A DNA stretch of 64,000 nucleotides, taken from positions 42,214 through 106,213 of the forward strand of contig JANOAV010000212.1 of NCBI GenBank assembly GCA_031411295.1, read 5' to 3'. The notes below the pieces were generated by a model. The model ran no database searches. It saw only the letters and a program-made list of their open reading frames with translations, and was not told where the DNA came from. Below, piece by piece: positions 10,525 through 21,389 of the stretch; the stretch's first letter is position 1, and each line of letters starts with the position of its first letter. The stretch is from Verrucomicrobiales bacterium. GTDB lineage: Bacteria > Verrucomicrobiota > Verrucomicrobiia > Verrucomicrobiales > V1-33. The position numbers and the translations under genes were made by a program.

Positions 10525-10596
<72 letters not shown>

Positions 10597-10699
10597 TCTT
10601 TTATTTCAGTCCTTCGGGCTCAGGGCGACATTCCGCTTGCCGAAGTTGCGGCTTCCGATTTAAAAACCTGCTGTAACTTTAAATCACACTGCAAGCACT

Positions 10700-11431
10700 A
10701 TGGGAGCCCAATGGAAACAGAAATGGCGGGAAATGGCCGCCGATAAAAAAGGAAAAACCTCGACGAAATTCGTGCGGGAAATTCAGATCGCGGCCAAACT
10801 GGGTGGTCCGCATCCGGAATACAATGCGCGCTTGGCGGTGGCCGTGGAAAACGCCAAGAAGGCCAGCGTTTACAAGGACACCATCGAACGCGCGATTGCC
10901 AAGGGCGCTGGGTTGGATGCGGGCAGTGCCGCCATGGAAGAGTTGGTCTTCGAAGGCTTCGCCCCGCATCGCGTGCCGGTGATTGTGGAGGCGCTGACGG
11001 AAAACAATAACCGCACGGCACCGGAGTTGCGAGTGTTGTTCCGCGCGGGTTCGCTGGGGGCCAAGGGCTCGGTCGGGTTTCTGTTTAATCACGTGGCGCT
11101 GATCGAGGCCCATCATCCGGACGGCACTCAGGATCTGGAATCCGCCGCCATTGAAGCGGGGGCAGACGATGTGGTTCCGTTGACGGCGGATGATTTGGAG
11201 GAACTGCCGGAAGGGCATGTGGCGGGACGTTTCATCAGCCCCACCACCCAACTGGATGCGGTGGGCAAGGCGCTGAAGGCGGCTGGCTGGCTCATCACCA
11301 CCAGTGAAATGAGCTATCTGCCCAAGGACTATCCCGTCCTGACGGAAGCGCAGCATGATGAGGTGCAGAAGTTCCTCCAAGCATTGGATGAGCATCCCGA
11401 TGTCACCCGGGTGCATGCGGCCATGAAGTAG
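10700..11431 (+). CDS. yebC: YebC/PmpR family protein
   Basis: AAKLGGPHPEYNARL, TIERAIAKG, EALTENNNRT, LDEHPDVTRV. Confidence 0.9.
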   Translation: MGAQWKQKWREMAADKKGKTSTKFVREIQIAAKLGGPHPEYNARLAVAVENAKKASVYKDTIERAIAKGAGLDAGSAAMEELVFEGFAPHRVPVIVEALTENNNRTAPELRVLFRAGSLGAKGSVGFLFNHVALIEAHHPDGTQDLESAAIEAGADDVVPLTADDLEELPEGHVAGRFISPTTQLDAVGKALKAAGWLITTSEMSYLPKDYPVLTEAQHDEVQKFLQALDEHPDVTRVHAAMK

Positions 11432-11438
11432 TAGCCCC

Positions 11439-13169
11439 TCAGAGATCCCTGAGCTGATAAGTGAATAAGAAAATCAGCAGGGCGGACTCGAGTCCTGTCA
11501 GATAGAGCAATCGTGAGGCAAACTCCAAGCCCACGAGGTGACTGGCCGCCACGAACGAGGCCGACGTTAGGATCGCCACGCCCAGCAGGAACACCCATTG
11601 GGGACCGAAAATGTTTCCTTTCGCCAACCGGACGCGACGCAATTCCTGACAGTAGCCATAGGCTAATGACATGAGAATAATGGTCGGAACCGCGTCCAAT
11701 GAGAGCACGCCGCGGGGATCGCTCCGACCGATGCAGAAGTCGTAGCCACCATGCAGGAGGATCATCGCGATGATGGTGATGAGGCTTTGCTCCCAGAAAT
11801 TGCGGGGGAAACGAACCCAGCGCGCCAACGCCAGACCGCTCAATCCGGTCAGCGCGATGTGCATGAAATTGGCCGTGATGAAGCGGGAAAGCGCGGACGC
11901 TTTGGCCAGTCCGCCGAAGTATTGAATGTTCTCCTGCATGGCAAAGCCCAGCCCGACGCAGCCTGCAGTCACCAGGATCTCCGCGTCTGACTTTTGCCGC
12001 AGCCACCACAGCAGGGGCGCGAAGAGGAGGAGCTTGGACAGCTCCTCTCTGAGGCCAACGCCGGAGACGTAGAAAATCAGATCGTTGACAAATTCCCCGT
12101 TCCGCTCCAACCCCACCAACCGTTCCTGCAGAGAAAGAATATACAGGGTGACAATGGGGCTGAGGAATCCGAGCGCTATCGCAGCAACGCTCAACCCGTG
12201 CCCGCGCACTGGCACCCCACCCAGCTGATGCAGCAGCAGAAACCACACCACGCCACAGAGCAAGGTCAACAATGATTCCACCAATGAACTCTGCGCCTGG
12301 CTGAAGACGTATTTTACCGTCAGGGTTAGAAGCTCCCCGTAATTCCCCAGCAGCAGCGCGCCCTCCCGCTGATGGTAAGCTGATAGCTGCTGCCATGGCT
12401 CCTGATATTCTGGAAGCGTCCGCAGGAGTTGCAGCCGATCCCGGAAGCGTTGATCCAGGCATAAGGTTAACGCACGCTTCTTGCAGGAGGCTGCTTCAGG
12501 CTCCTGCCCTGCCTTGATGTAATAGTCCAGAGCCTTGAGGAAATTCCGTTCCGCCAGGGCACATTCCGCCAGCAGTTCCTGGACTCTTGGCACCGGAGGC
12601 TGCTGCTTGGCGCTCTGTTCCAATGCGGTCAGGGCATTCTGGGATGCTGGATTATTCAGCCATAACACCGCTGCCGCATGCTGGAACAATTGCGTGCGAT
12701 CCTCGTTAAGTTTGGCTAGAGCAATCAGCTGCAAGTAAAATTCATGACGCTCCTGGGCGGAAATGTCCTCTAGTTCTTCCAGCAGCTCCATGGATTCCGC
12801 GGACTCCTCCTTGGTTTCGTGCGGAAATAATTGCTGGGGGTCACCCACCCTAAAGCGTGACTGCAAGCCCCGCAGCCACTCTGTTAGCTGAGCTTCGGTG
12901 ACTGGCTGTTCCGCCAGGTCCTTTAGAATCGCTTGCATCACCTCCTGCGGATCGGGTGCGGCGGCAGCCGCTTGGACCAGCTCCTCCAACTGAGACTGTG
13001 GGTCCGTGGGGTCGCTCCGCCCAACTTGGTGCGATGGCAGCGGCTGGGAAGGGGGATTTTTGCGGCCCAACGTCCACGCCAAAGCAAAACCTGCCAGCAA
13101 TACTAGCAAGACAGTGCGAACAATGAAGCCCGGTTGCCGGGTGCGGTAATGCCAACGACGACGATCCAT
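11439..13169 (-). CDS. PrsW-family intramembrane metalloprotease with long N-terminal helical domain
   Basis: GLREELSK, GFAMQEN, MH and LLHGGYD motifs in a multi-TM C-terminal half. Confidence 0.82.
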   Translation of the reverse strand: MDRRRWHYRTRQPGFIVRTVLLVLLAGFALAWTLGRKNPPSQPLPSHQVGRSDPTDPQSQLEELVQAAAAAPDPQEVMQAILKDLAEQPVTEAQLTEWLRGLQSRFRVGDPQQLFPHETKEESAESMELLEELEDISAQERHEFYLQLIALAKLNEDRTQLFQHAAAVLWLNNPASQNALTALEQSAKQQPPVPRVQELLAECALAERNFLKALDYYIKAGQEPEAASCKKRALTLCLDQRFRDRLQLLRTLPEYQEPWQQLSAYHQREGALLLGNYGELLTLTVKYVFSQAQSSLVESLLTLLCGVVWFLLLHQLGGVPVRGHGLSVAAIALGFLSPIVTLYILSLQERLVGLERNGEFVNDLIFYVSGVGLREELSKLLLFAPLLWWLRQKSDAEILVTAGCVGLGFAMQENIQYFGGLAKASALSRFITANFMHIALTGLSGLALARWVRFPRNFWEQSLITIIAMILLHGGYDFCIGRSDPRGVLSLDAVPTIILMSLAYGYCQELRRVRLAKGNIFGPQWVFLLGVAILTSASFVAASHLVGLEFASRLLYLTGLESALLIFLFTYQLRDL

Positions 13170-13248
13170 AGTGATCGCGATAGCATGGCTGCTGCGGAAA
13201 ACAATCGGTGTTCTTAAGGCTCCGCCCCGCAGCCAACTGGAAGATACC

Positions 13249-14670
13249 CTACAGAATATCCCCCGGCTCGTAGCCAGCCGCAGCGGGAACTTTTACTAAC
13301 CAAGCCAAGGCACGCTGAGAAATGGCCTCCACTTGGGCTTCGGCCGCCCCGGTGCTCTCCGCTCCACCTTGGAGCAGCTCCAACGCGCGGGCTTTGGTGA
13401 GCTTCAGTTCCGGCGTGGCCACGAGTCGGTCCAGCAGATCGTTCTCGCTGAGCTTCCCTTCGCGCAGATCACGCGCCGCCGCCACGGCGTGTTCTTTGAT
13501 GAGTTCGTGGGCGGTCTCGCGCCCCACGCCATTCTTCACAGCTTCCATCAGGAAGGTGGTGGTTAGCAGGAAAGGCAAATAGCGCTCCACTTCGCGACGC
13601 ACCACCGCCGCGTAAACGTCCATTTGATTCAGCACCACCAGCATCGTTTCCAGCAGCCCATCAATCGCAAAGAACGCATCCGGCAACACCACCCGACGCA
13701 CCACAGAGCACGAAACATCGCCCTCATTCCATTGGTCCCCCGCCAACGCGCTGGCCATGGTCACGTGACCTTTGAGGATCGCGTGCAGGCCGTTAATGCG
13801 TTCGCAGGAGCGGCTGTTCATTTTGTGGGGCATCGCACTGGAACCGGTCTGCCCTTTGGCAAATCCCTCGCTCGCCAACTCCTGACCCGCCATCAGTCGC
13901 AATGTTTTCGCGAAGCTGCTGGGACCACTGGCTAGATCACACAACACGCTAACCACCCGGAAATCCAGACTGCGGGGATACACCTGCCCCACCGCTTGGA
14001 ACGCTGCAGGCAGCCCCAAATGCGTCGCGATGGCCTGCTCCAGCGTGGCCACTTTGGCGATATCACCATTGAACAAATTGATCTGATCCAACTGCGTGCC
14101 CGTGGCGCCCTTAAGCCCACGCACCGGATAGGTTAGCAGCACATGCTCCAACATTTCCAGCGAGCCGAGCAACTCCTCGGCAAACATCGCCAGGCGCTTG
14201 CCTACGGTTGTCGTTTGCGCAGCCACATTGTGGGTGCGGGCGGTTAGGATGTTCGCTTTGAACTGCACTGCGCGGGCGGAAAGTTTCCCCAACACCGCCA
14301 CCGCCTTAACCCGAATGGCCTGCAGCGAACGGTAAATTTGCAATTGCTCCACATTTTCCGTCAGGTCCCGACTCGTCATGCCCTTGTGCACATGCTCGTG
14401 GCCTGCCAGTTCACAAAATTCATCGATCCGCGCCTTCACATCGTGCCGCGTGATCCGTTCGCGCGCCGCAATGGCTTCCAAGTTGATCGTGGAAATGACA
14501 TTTTCATAAGCCGCAATGGCCTCCGCCGGAATCGCCAAACCAAGGTCCCGCTGGCCTTTCATCACCGCAATCCAGAATTCCCGCTCCAGGCGGATTTTCC
14601 CGGCAGGGGACCAGATTTCGTTGATGGCAGGCGTGGCGTAGCGTTCGGCTAATACATTGGGGATAGTCAT
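13249..14670 (-). CDS. purB: Adenylosuccinate lyase
   Basis: TRHDVKA, HKGMTSRD, GSSAMPHKMNSRSCE. Confidence 0.95.
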   Translation of the reverse strand: MTIPNVLAERYATPAINEIWSPAGKIRLEREFWIAVMKGQRDLGLAIPAEAIAAYENVISTINLEAIAARERITRHDVKARIDEFCELAGHEHVHKGMTSRDLTENVEQLQIYRSLQAIRVKAVAVLGKLSARAVQFKANILTARTHNVAAQTTTVGKRLAMFAEELLGSLEMLEHVLLTYPVRGLKGATGTQLDQINLFNGDIAKVATLEQAIATHLGLPAAFQAVGQVYPRSLDFRVVSVLCDLASGPSSFAKTLRLMAGQELASEGFAKGQTGSSAMPHKMNSRSCERINGLHAILKGHVTMASALAGDQWNEGDVSCSVVRRVVLPDAFFAIDGLLETMLVVLNQMDVYAAVVRREVERYLPFLLTTTFLMEAVKNGVGRETAHELIKEHAVAAARDLREGKLSENDLLDRLVATPELKLTKARALELLQGGAESTGAAEAQVEAISQRALAWLVKVPAAAGYEPGDIL

Positions 14671-14773
14671 TTCGCAGGGAAGCGCGGGAATCAGCAGTGT
14701 TCAACTTGGAAAAGTGGGATTGTGGGGAGCGTAAGGTCCAACTCCAGCCGTAGGAAGTGCTTCTGCGCCCATC

Positions 14774-14895
14774 GTAGCGGGGGAGCCCTCGCCCCCATCA
14801 TTGTAAAGGGAGCGCCCTTCCCAGCGCAGTGCTTCAGAATCACTCGTGACGAGGGCGTCCCGACCACAGGGTGGGAGCGGGGGCGCTCCCACTAC
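14774..14895. repeat. Cluster of four REP-like palindromes (two forward, two reverse)
   Basis: GTAGCGGGGGAGCCCTCGCCCCC, GTAAAGGGAGCGCCCTTCCC, and reverse-strand GTGGTCGGGACGCCCTCGTCAC, GTAGTGGGAGCGCCCCCGCTCCC. Confidence 0.65.
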
Positions 14896-14951
14896 GACGC
14901 CCTCAGTTGACAATGCCGGTGCCGTCCATAGCATGGCTCACCTAACTCCCC

Positions 14952-17141
14952 ATGCCTGCCACCCTTCATTCCCTGCTCAAACAACACTTCGGCTACGATC
15001 AATTTCGTCCGCTCCAGGAGGAAATCATTACCGATACCCTGGCCGGACGCGATGTGTTAGCATTGCTGCCCACCGGGGGTGGGAAATCGCTCTGTTTCCA
15101 ACTCCCAGCATTGGTGGGCGAAGGCCTGACGCTGGTGGTGTCCCCCTTGATCGCACTCATGAAGGATCAGGTGGATCAACTCACGGCGGCGGGCATTCCA
15201 GCGACGTTTCTCAATTCCACGCTCGATCCCACGGAGCAACGGGAACGGCTGGATGGCTTGCGGAATGGGCGCTACCGCCTGCTCTATGCCGCTCCGGAGC
15301 GCATCATGACCGCGGGTTTCATGGCGGAACTGCCTGCGCTCAACGTGGTGCGCATCGCCATTGATGAAGCCCACTGTATCAGCGAGTGGGGCCATGATTT
15401 CCGGCCGGAGTATCAGCAATTGCCCGCGTTGCGGAAAGAACTGCCGAACGTCCCCGTCATCGCGCTCACCGCCACGGCCACCGAGCCGGTGCGGGAGGAC
15501 ATCGTGAAACATTTGGAACTGCGCGCTCCCCAGCGCTACACCGCCAGTTTCAATCGGCCGAATTTGAGCTATCGCGTGGAAGCCAAATCCACTCCGTTCC
15601 AACAGGTGATGGAATTCCTTCAATCGCGCCCAGACGACAGCGGCATCATTTACTGTCTCTCCCGCAAGACCACCGAAGAAGTGGCTAGTAGGCTTACCGC
15701 GGCGGGCATCCCGGCGGTCGCTTATCATGCGGGCTTGGAACAAAAGCAGCGCGCGGAGAATCAGGAGCAATTTCTCCGGGATCGCGCCCGCATCGTTTGC
15801 GCCACGATTGCCTTCGGCATGGGGATCAACAAGCCGAACGTGCGCTTCGTGGTCCATTATGATCTGCCGAAAAACCTTGAGGGTTACTATCAGGAAACCG
15901 GTCGGGCCGGACGCGATGGCTTGCCGGCGGATTGTCTGCTGCTTTTCAGTCCAGGCGATGCCAATCGGTTAACTTCCTTTCTGGATGATGTCACGGACCC
16001 GGCCGAAGCCGCCCGGTTGCGGCATTTGTTGGACCAAGTGGTGCATTATGCCGAGATCAGCGATTGTCGGCGGCGGGTATTGTTGGAGTATTTCAGCGAA
16101 GTGTATCCGGAGACCAACTGCGGTGGCTGCGACAACTGCGCTAACCCCAAGGAAACGTTCGATGCCACCATCCCAGCCCAGAAGCTGCTGTCCTGCGTGC
16201 TGCGGGCCAATCAGTCCAGCCGCTGGCAATACGGCCTGGGCCATTATTGCGATATCCTCGTCGGGGCTAACACCGCCAAGATTCGCGACCAAGCGCACGA
16301 CCGCATTTCCACCTATGGCATCGGCAAGGAAATGACGCGCAACGAATGGCAGAGCATCGGCCGGGAACTCGCCCGCATGGGCTTCCTGCATTCTGATGCC
16401 ACCCGCATGGGCACCTACAGCGTGACGGACGCAGGATTGCAGGCGTTGAAATCGCGCCAGAAATTCACCCTCACGCGACCCGCCCCGCAGCCAGAGAAGG
16501 CCAAACGCACCCTCAGCACCCAGGGCCAGATCGCCTGTGACGAAACGCTCTTTGCCGCCCTGCGCACGTTGCGACGGGAGTTGGCGGACGCGCGCGGCGT
16601 GCCGCCGTATGTCATCTTTGGCGATGTCCCGCTGCGTCACATGGCCCGACAGTATCCGGTCTCCGATGCCGAATTCCTCCGCATCCCCGGCGTCGGTCAG
16701 CAGAAACTCCAGGACTTCGGAGCCAAGTTCACCGCAGCGATTCAGGCGCATTTGCAGGAGCACGAGCGCCAACCCTTCGAGCCCCTCCCAGAGGAAACAC
16801 CCCGCGTCAAACCAACCCGGGATAAAACCATCCTGACCGACACCCAGGCCGAAACCCTGCGCATCTTCCGCCTCAATCCCACCGTGAAGGGCGTGGCCGA
16901 AATCCGCAAACTAGCCGAAAGCACCGTCGCCACCCACCTCGCAGAAGCCATCATAGCCGGCCATGCCGACGACCTCACCCCACGGGATTTTCTAACCGAA
17001 TCGGAAATCACCGAACTGCGCGAAGTCTTCGCCCACGCCGAAAACATCGACCGCCTCGGCCCCATCAAAGAAATGGTCGGAGAGAAATTCACCTACCCCC
17101 AACTCCACTTCTTCCGCGCGTTTCATGTGCGGGGGTTGTGA
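14952..17141 (+). CDS. recQ: DNA helicase RecQ (helicase, RQC, HRDC, HTH)
   Basis: PTGGGKSLCFQ, DEAHCISEWGHDFRP, QETGRAGRDG, CRR...CGGCDNC, HRDC PPYVIF. Confidence 0.97.
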   Translation: MPATLHSLLKQHFGYDQFRPLQEEIITDTLAGRDVLALLPTGGGKSLCFQLPALVGEGLTLVVSPLIALMKDQVDQLTAAGIPATFLNSTLDPTEQRERLDGLRNGRYRLLYAAPERIMTAGFMAELPALNVVRIAIDEAHCISEWGHDFRPEYQQLPALRKELPNVPVIALTATATEPVREDIVKHLELRAPQRYTASFNRPNLSYRVEAKSTPFQQVMEFLQSRPDDSGIIYCLSRKTTEEVASRLTAAGIPAVAYHAGLEQKQRAENQEQFLRDRARIVCATIAFGMGINKPNVRFVVHYDLPKNLEGYYQETGRAGRDGLPADCLLLFSPGDANRLTSFLDDVTDPAEAARLRHLLDQVVHYAEISDCRRRVLLEYFSEVYPETNCGGCDNCANPKETFDATIPAQKLLSCVLRANQSSRWQYGLGHYCDILVGANTAKIRDQAHDRISTYGIGKEMTRNEWQSIGRELARMGFLHSDATRMGTYSVTDAGLQALKSRQKFTLTRPAPQPEKAKRTLSTQGQIACDETLFAALRTLRRELADARGVPPYVIFGDVPLRHMARQYPVSDAEFLRIPGVGQQKLQDFGAKFTAAIQAHLQEHERQPFEPLPEETPRVKPTRDKTILTDTQAETLRIFRLNPTVKGVAEIRKLAESTVATHLAEAIIAGHADDLTPRDFLTESEITELREVFAHAENIDRLGPIKEMVGEKFTYPQLHFFRAFHVRGL

Positions 17142-17221
17142 TTGACCGAGCGAATATTTCCATGTAGTCTGCCGCCGCTGACAGCTAACAGCCGTTTACA
17201 CTCCCCACGCCGTCACTGACG

Positions 17222-17485
17222 ATGGAATCTCCTATTATTACTTCGCAAAAACCTGAGCCAATCAGAACTGGCATGGCGCAACGTGGCCCCGTGATGTGGC
17301 GCGCGGTGCCACTGGAAGAAGCAGACCGGGAGTTTGACTATCATTTCTGGCAATCACAGACAGCCGATGCCCGCTTTGCCGCCGCTTGGGAGTTGGTGGA
17401 AACGGCTTGGAAAATTAAAGGACTCCCTGCTCATGAACTCCGACTTCAACGATCTGTTGTCCATTTTGAACGATTGCCAGGTTAG
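17222..17485 (+). CDS. Small hypothetical protein overlapping the nucleotidyltransferase gene (putative TA partner)
   Basis: 87 aa, DYHFWQSQTADARFAAAWEL; overlaps the next ORF. Confidence 0.6.
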   Translation: MESPIITSQKPEPIRTGMAQRGPVMWRAVPLEEADREFDYHFWQSQTADARFAAAWELVETAWKIKGLPAHELRLQRSVVHFERLPG

Positions 17486-17876
17486 GTATTTGGTGGTCGG
17501 AGGTTACGCTTACATTCATTATGCCGAGCCTCGTTATACCAAGGATCTTGACCTCTGGGTGGAGCCATCTTCAGAGAATGCACTTCGCTTGCGCGAGGCG
17601 TTACTTCGCTTCGGCGGATGGGTTGAGGGAATGTCCTTGGAGTATTTTACTACCGAACGCACGATGTTTCAAATCGGCCTGCCTCCGTGTCGTATCGATT
17701 TTTTGACATCGGTGCCAGGGTTAAATTTCGCATCCTCGTATGATCAGAAGAAAGTGGTGGAACTTGACGGTCACGCCGTGCCGTTCATTTCTCTGGCAGA
17801 TCTGATCATCGCCAAACGCACCTCTGGCCGCGCCCAAGATCTGCGTGATTTGGAGGGACTGGAGCGTCCGCAGTGA
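17433..17876 (+). CDS. Nucleotidyltransferase-fold protein
   Basis: YLVVGGYA...PRYTKDLDLW...LIIAKRTSGRAQDLRD. Confidence 0.85.
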   Translation: MNSDFNDLLSILNDCQVRYLVVGGYAYIHYAEPRYTKDLDLWVEPSSENALRLREALLRFGGWVEGMSLEYFTTERTMFQIGLPPCRIDFLTSVPGLNFASSYDQKKVVELDGHAVPFISLADLIIAKRTSGRAQDLRDLEGLERPQ

Positions 17877-18174
17877 CCTGGCCGAATCACTCCTTGGCAG
17901 GCTCACCAGACCTCCGTCCCGGTTAACTCGCGGATTTCATTTGCCAGCACTTCAGCCTGAACCCAGTGATTCAATTTCTCTGTCCAAATGTGATGCATGG
18001 TGGCCAACGCAGCCTCCGTTTCCCTAATCCGCAGGGCGATGCCGCCCAGCATTTCCGACTGCCGCCGCAGAAGTAAGCGAGAGGGCGGTCGGAACTTCTG
18101 TCTAAATGTGATTCACCTCCGGTTTCTCACCACATCACCCAAGCGTCCTGAAGGGAGGCAAGCGCCGTTAGCGG

Positions 18175-18387
18175 TCAGTATCTCTTTCCCGTGAGTTTTT
18201 CCAAATCATCCTCACATTTTAACAACTTGGCCTGATTTTCTTGATAAAGCTTGTATTCCGCAGATTCTGAATCTCGGTTAACGGCTAGCGCGCGTTCACT
18301 TTGAGTATTACCTTCGTAAGTCGAGATGCGCGACTTGAGATCAGCGATGATTTGCTCGAGAGTAGGTGGAGAGGATGGATCAATCAT
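18175..18387 (-). CDS. Small coiled-coil hypothetical protein
   Basis: 70-aa ORF just downstream of the tail-collar gene; start chosen at MIDPSS. Confidence 0.4.
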   Translation of the reverse strand: MIDPSSPPTLEQIIADLKSRISTYEGNTQSERALAVNRDSESAEYKLYQENQAKLLKCEDDLEKLTGKRY

Positions 18388-18427
18388 GATGTCAGGTGGT
18401 TGTTTGGTTGTTGACGCCTGAATGGCT

Positions 18428-19828
18428 TCAAAATTTGATGATGTAATGGACTGAGGCGTTCTTGGGCCGAGTTTCTGTCGCGGCTCCTGGAGACTCTTGT
18501 GGAACATCTCCGGTATTACCGTTCAAACCGCTGATCGCGGAATACGGACCTCCACTAGCAATGTTACTCTGCGAACTACTTCCGATGGAAAGCGAGTGAT
18601 TTCTCAATGAATCATTCTGAACAGAGCCAACCATATCGCCAGTGTTTCCGCCGCCTGCCATTGCTGTGCGGGACGCAGCACCCGAATCTCGCCCTGAACC
18701 GCCATCGGCACCGCGAAGAAACCGACCCCGATAATCCGGTAATTGAAAAGTTGTGGTGCCATTCCCAGCACCATGGGCGATTCCTATCGTCGCAAACAGT
18801 CCAGCATACGTCGAACGTGAAATCGCTGATCCATCACAAATCAACCAACCCGCTGGAGCAGTATTTCCTGCAAATGCAGACACCGTTCCTTTTGGTATCA
18901 GGGATTCCAGAATCGCAGGGGAGAGTTTAGAAATAGTAATGGCTCCATCCGATATTGTGGCTGCACTATATGCCTGCATCGCAAACGGCACCGCCAGCAC
19001 CCGTTGTCTTGGAACTTGCGCGACGCCACCCACAGTCAATTCCAGCCATTGCTCCCCACCAGCGGCTAAAGCGCCCGAAATGCCACTTCCAGAGTAACGG
19101 TAGGTGGCAGTGATGGTTTGACCGACGCTGGGAGGGCTGGCGTAGCTGGCGGTGATGCTGCCAGTGGCGTAGGTGACCTGAAAGGGGATGACGGGAGGTG
19201 CGATGGTGATGGTGGCACCTGTAGTATAGCCGCTTCCGGCGTTCGTGATGTTGATGGCTGTCACAGAACCACCGGAAATGGTAGCCGTAGCAGCGGCACC
19301 AGAACCGTTTCCTGTAATCGTGACAGTAGGGGCTGCGGTATAACCGGAACCTCCGCTGGTCACGGTAGCTCCAATGACAAAGCCGGAGATGACGTTGCTG
19401 GTGGCGGTGGCCGGAGCACCGGGGTTCCCTGTGGTTTCATTCCAACTGTAAGTGCCATCGGCCACGCTCACCGTGCCTGCGACCACTGGCGTGTAACTGA
19501 GCGCTTTCTGGAAGGTTTGCGTAGTTCCGTCCGTGATGGCGACGGTTTCGGAAACGAGGGTGGCGCTGGTTCCGGTGGCCCCAAACTGGAAGCCATAAAC
19601 GCCGTTGGGATCGACTGTCACATTCCCCATGTTCTCCGAATAAAGCTGGGCACCCGCCGTGGCTGCATTGTAGATTTTGACGCTCATGGCTTTCGTCCCC
19701 GGTTGTGGGACTCCAGCGGCGTTCGTTAGGCGTCCCTGGTAGTTGATGAGTGAGGGCACATCCGCAGGCGCAACCAGAGCGGTGACCTGCATGATGGCGA
19801 GGGCGGATAGGATTTGGATTGTTTTCAT
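18428..19828 (-). CDS. Secreted fibre-like protein with C-terminal phage tail-collar domain
   Basis: Signal peptide; collar motif [32 protein letters not shown]...[27 protein letters not shown]. Confidence 0.85.
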   Translation of the reverse strand: MKTIQILSALAIMQVTALVAPADVPSLINYQGRLTNAAGVPQPGTKAMSVKIYNAATAGAQLYSENMGNVTVDPNGVYGFQFGATGTSATLVSETVAITDGTTQTFQKALSYTPVVAGTVSVADGTYSWNETTGNPGAPATATSNVISGFVIGATVTSGGSGYTAAPTVTITGNGSGAAATATISGGSVTAINITNAGSGYTTGATITIAPPVIPFQVTYATGSITASYASPPSVGQTITATYRYSGSGISGALAAGGEQWLELTVGGVAQVPRQRVLAVPFAMQAYSAATISDGAITISKLSPAILESLIPKGTVSAFAGNTAPAGWLICDGSAISRSTYAGLFATIGIAHGAGNGTTTFQLPDYRGRFLRGADGGSGRDSGAASRTAMAGGGNTGDMVGSVQNDSLRNHSLSIGSSSQSNIASGGPYSAISGLNGNTGDVPQESPGAATETRPKNASVHYIIKF

Positions 19829-19850
19829 ATAATTACGGTGAAATTAAGAC

Positions 19851-20468
19851 TCAGGGAATGAAGACGGTAGTGCGGAAGAAGTAGCTGGAGGGGTGGATCG
19901 GGCTGTAGAGCGGGCCGGAGAGGATGGTGGTCTCGTCAAACGAGAACAGCTTCTGAGTGCCATCGCCTGAATAGGTAGTTTGTAGGACCCAGTTCGTCAG
20001 ATCGCGTGTGACCCAGACTTGGTAGTCCCGCCCAGAGACCGTAGGCAGCGGCAGATGGAAGATGCCGTTCGTGAGACTGCCCTCCGGACGGAACAGGGAG
20101 GCGGAGTTGTTGGGATCAGTGCCCGCGAGGTATTCCATCAGATTACTGGTAGCATCGAAATCTGCGTCTGCCGCAGGATTGACCCAGTAGTTTCCGAAAT
20201 GCGTGATCTCCCAACCATCAGGCAAGCCGTTCCCGCTGACGTCCGTGGTGGATGACGGGGTGATCGGATAGAGAACCTCGATCAAGCCTGGGTGATTTGT
20301 GTTGGATGCGCTTTGGGTGCCTACTGTCGCAAATGATTCACCAAAGGATGCGTGATTTGAGAACGCGCCGTTAGTGGATTTACCACCCCCGGAATCAATT
20401 TGGGCGAAGGCCAGAGCGGGAAGCCCGAGCAACGAGCAGGTAATGAAAATGCTAAGAACGGTGGACAT
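19851..20468 (-). CDS. Secreted protein with D-rich Ca-binding-like repeat and verrucomicrobial-type C-terminal domain
   Basis: Signal peptide; IDSGGGKS; GNGLPDGWE; SNLMEYLAGTDP; YFFR terminus. Confidence 0.75.
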   Translation of the reverse strand: MSTVLSIFITCSLLGLPALAFAQIDSGGGKSTNGAFSNHASFGESFATVGTQSASNTNHPGLIEVLYPITPSSTTDVSGNGLPDGWEITHFGNYWVNPAADADFDATSNLMEYLAGTDPNNSASLFRPEGSLTNGIFHLPLPTVSGRDYQVWVTRDLTNWVLQTTYSGDGTQKLFSFDETTILSGPLYSPIHPSSYFFRTTVFIP

Positions 20469-20965
20469 GAGGACGTTTTATGAGGATTAGCTGCAGCTTT
20501 CAGGATGCCTGAGGGACCAATTCCGTATTAGAGATGGTCGCTTCTCATAAACTCTTATTTCTGAACGGCAAGGGAAACCCCGTCAAAAGTCCACCATAGC
20601 GCCTACAAAATAACGTTTAGTGCGGCCAAGGTTATTTATGTAACAAAAATATGGACGCTCGCAACTAAACTGGCTAGATCGCACAAAAATCCTGACCCGT
20701 TAATCTTTTGTTCCGCGTGTTGCATTCCCCTGCTTCATGCCATGAACCACCAGCCGTTCAGATTGTCGCTTTTAGAGGACACCGCAGCCATTCTCTCTGG
20801 CAGCGGCGGCGGGGAGATGTTGTTTTACGCCCGTTCCGGTTTGGGGGTTGCTGTAGCAGGGGCGCGCTCAAGACTGGGAAATTCCAAAACTACCTCAAGG
20901 ATTTCCTCCATACGGGCTAGGTGCTTTACTTGGTGGTGCAACTGGAGTAAGTGCTATCAGGAGAT

Positions 20966-21385
20966 TTACGCTGCAGCTCCCAACCCGGTTGAATCGGGTG
21001 AGCTCGGGTGCTCCCGTGCCGAGGGTTGCTGCGGATTCCTAGCATTTAAATAGGCGATTCGACCGAACTCTGTGATTCCGTATGAAGCTGCAACAGGAAG
21101 GCCTCGCATTCTCCAAAATCGGGTAAATGTGGGCCGATAACCTTCTTGGGAGACTAAGTTGGCGATGATCAAACCACTTTCTACGGCGTGCCAGAAGACA
21201 CGAGTGAATGCCCTTACTCCTTCGGGTCCATAAGCTCGAACCGCAGCCCGTAAAGCCTCTGGACTAAGCGGACCATTGCTATTGTGAAGCGGCTCCAATA
21301 AAGCAGCGATGGATTGGATCGACATGGCGGAGGAGTTGTTTTGCATTGTGTTCATAATTTGATTTGTGTTGGGATTTTGTCTCAT
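20966..21385 (-). CDS. Hypothetical protein
   Basis: ORF 4 bp downstream of 21390-21827, same strand; start uncertain. Confidence 0.5.
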   Translation of the reverse strand: MRQNPNTNQIMNTMQNNSSAMSIQSIAALLEPLHNSNGPLSPEALRAAVRAYGPEGVRAFTRVFWHAVESGLIIANLVSQEGYRPTFTRFWRMRGLPVAASYGITEFGRIAYLNARNPQQPSAREHPSSPDSTGLGAAA

Positions 21386-21389
21386 TTTT

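Noticed and set aside
18428..19828. Prophage
   Set aside because: Only a collar domain on a signal-peptide protein; no capsid, terminase, portal or integrase genes
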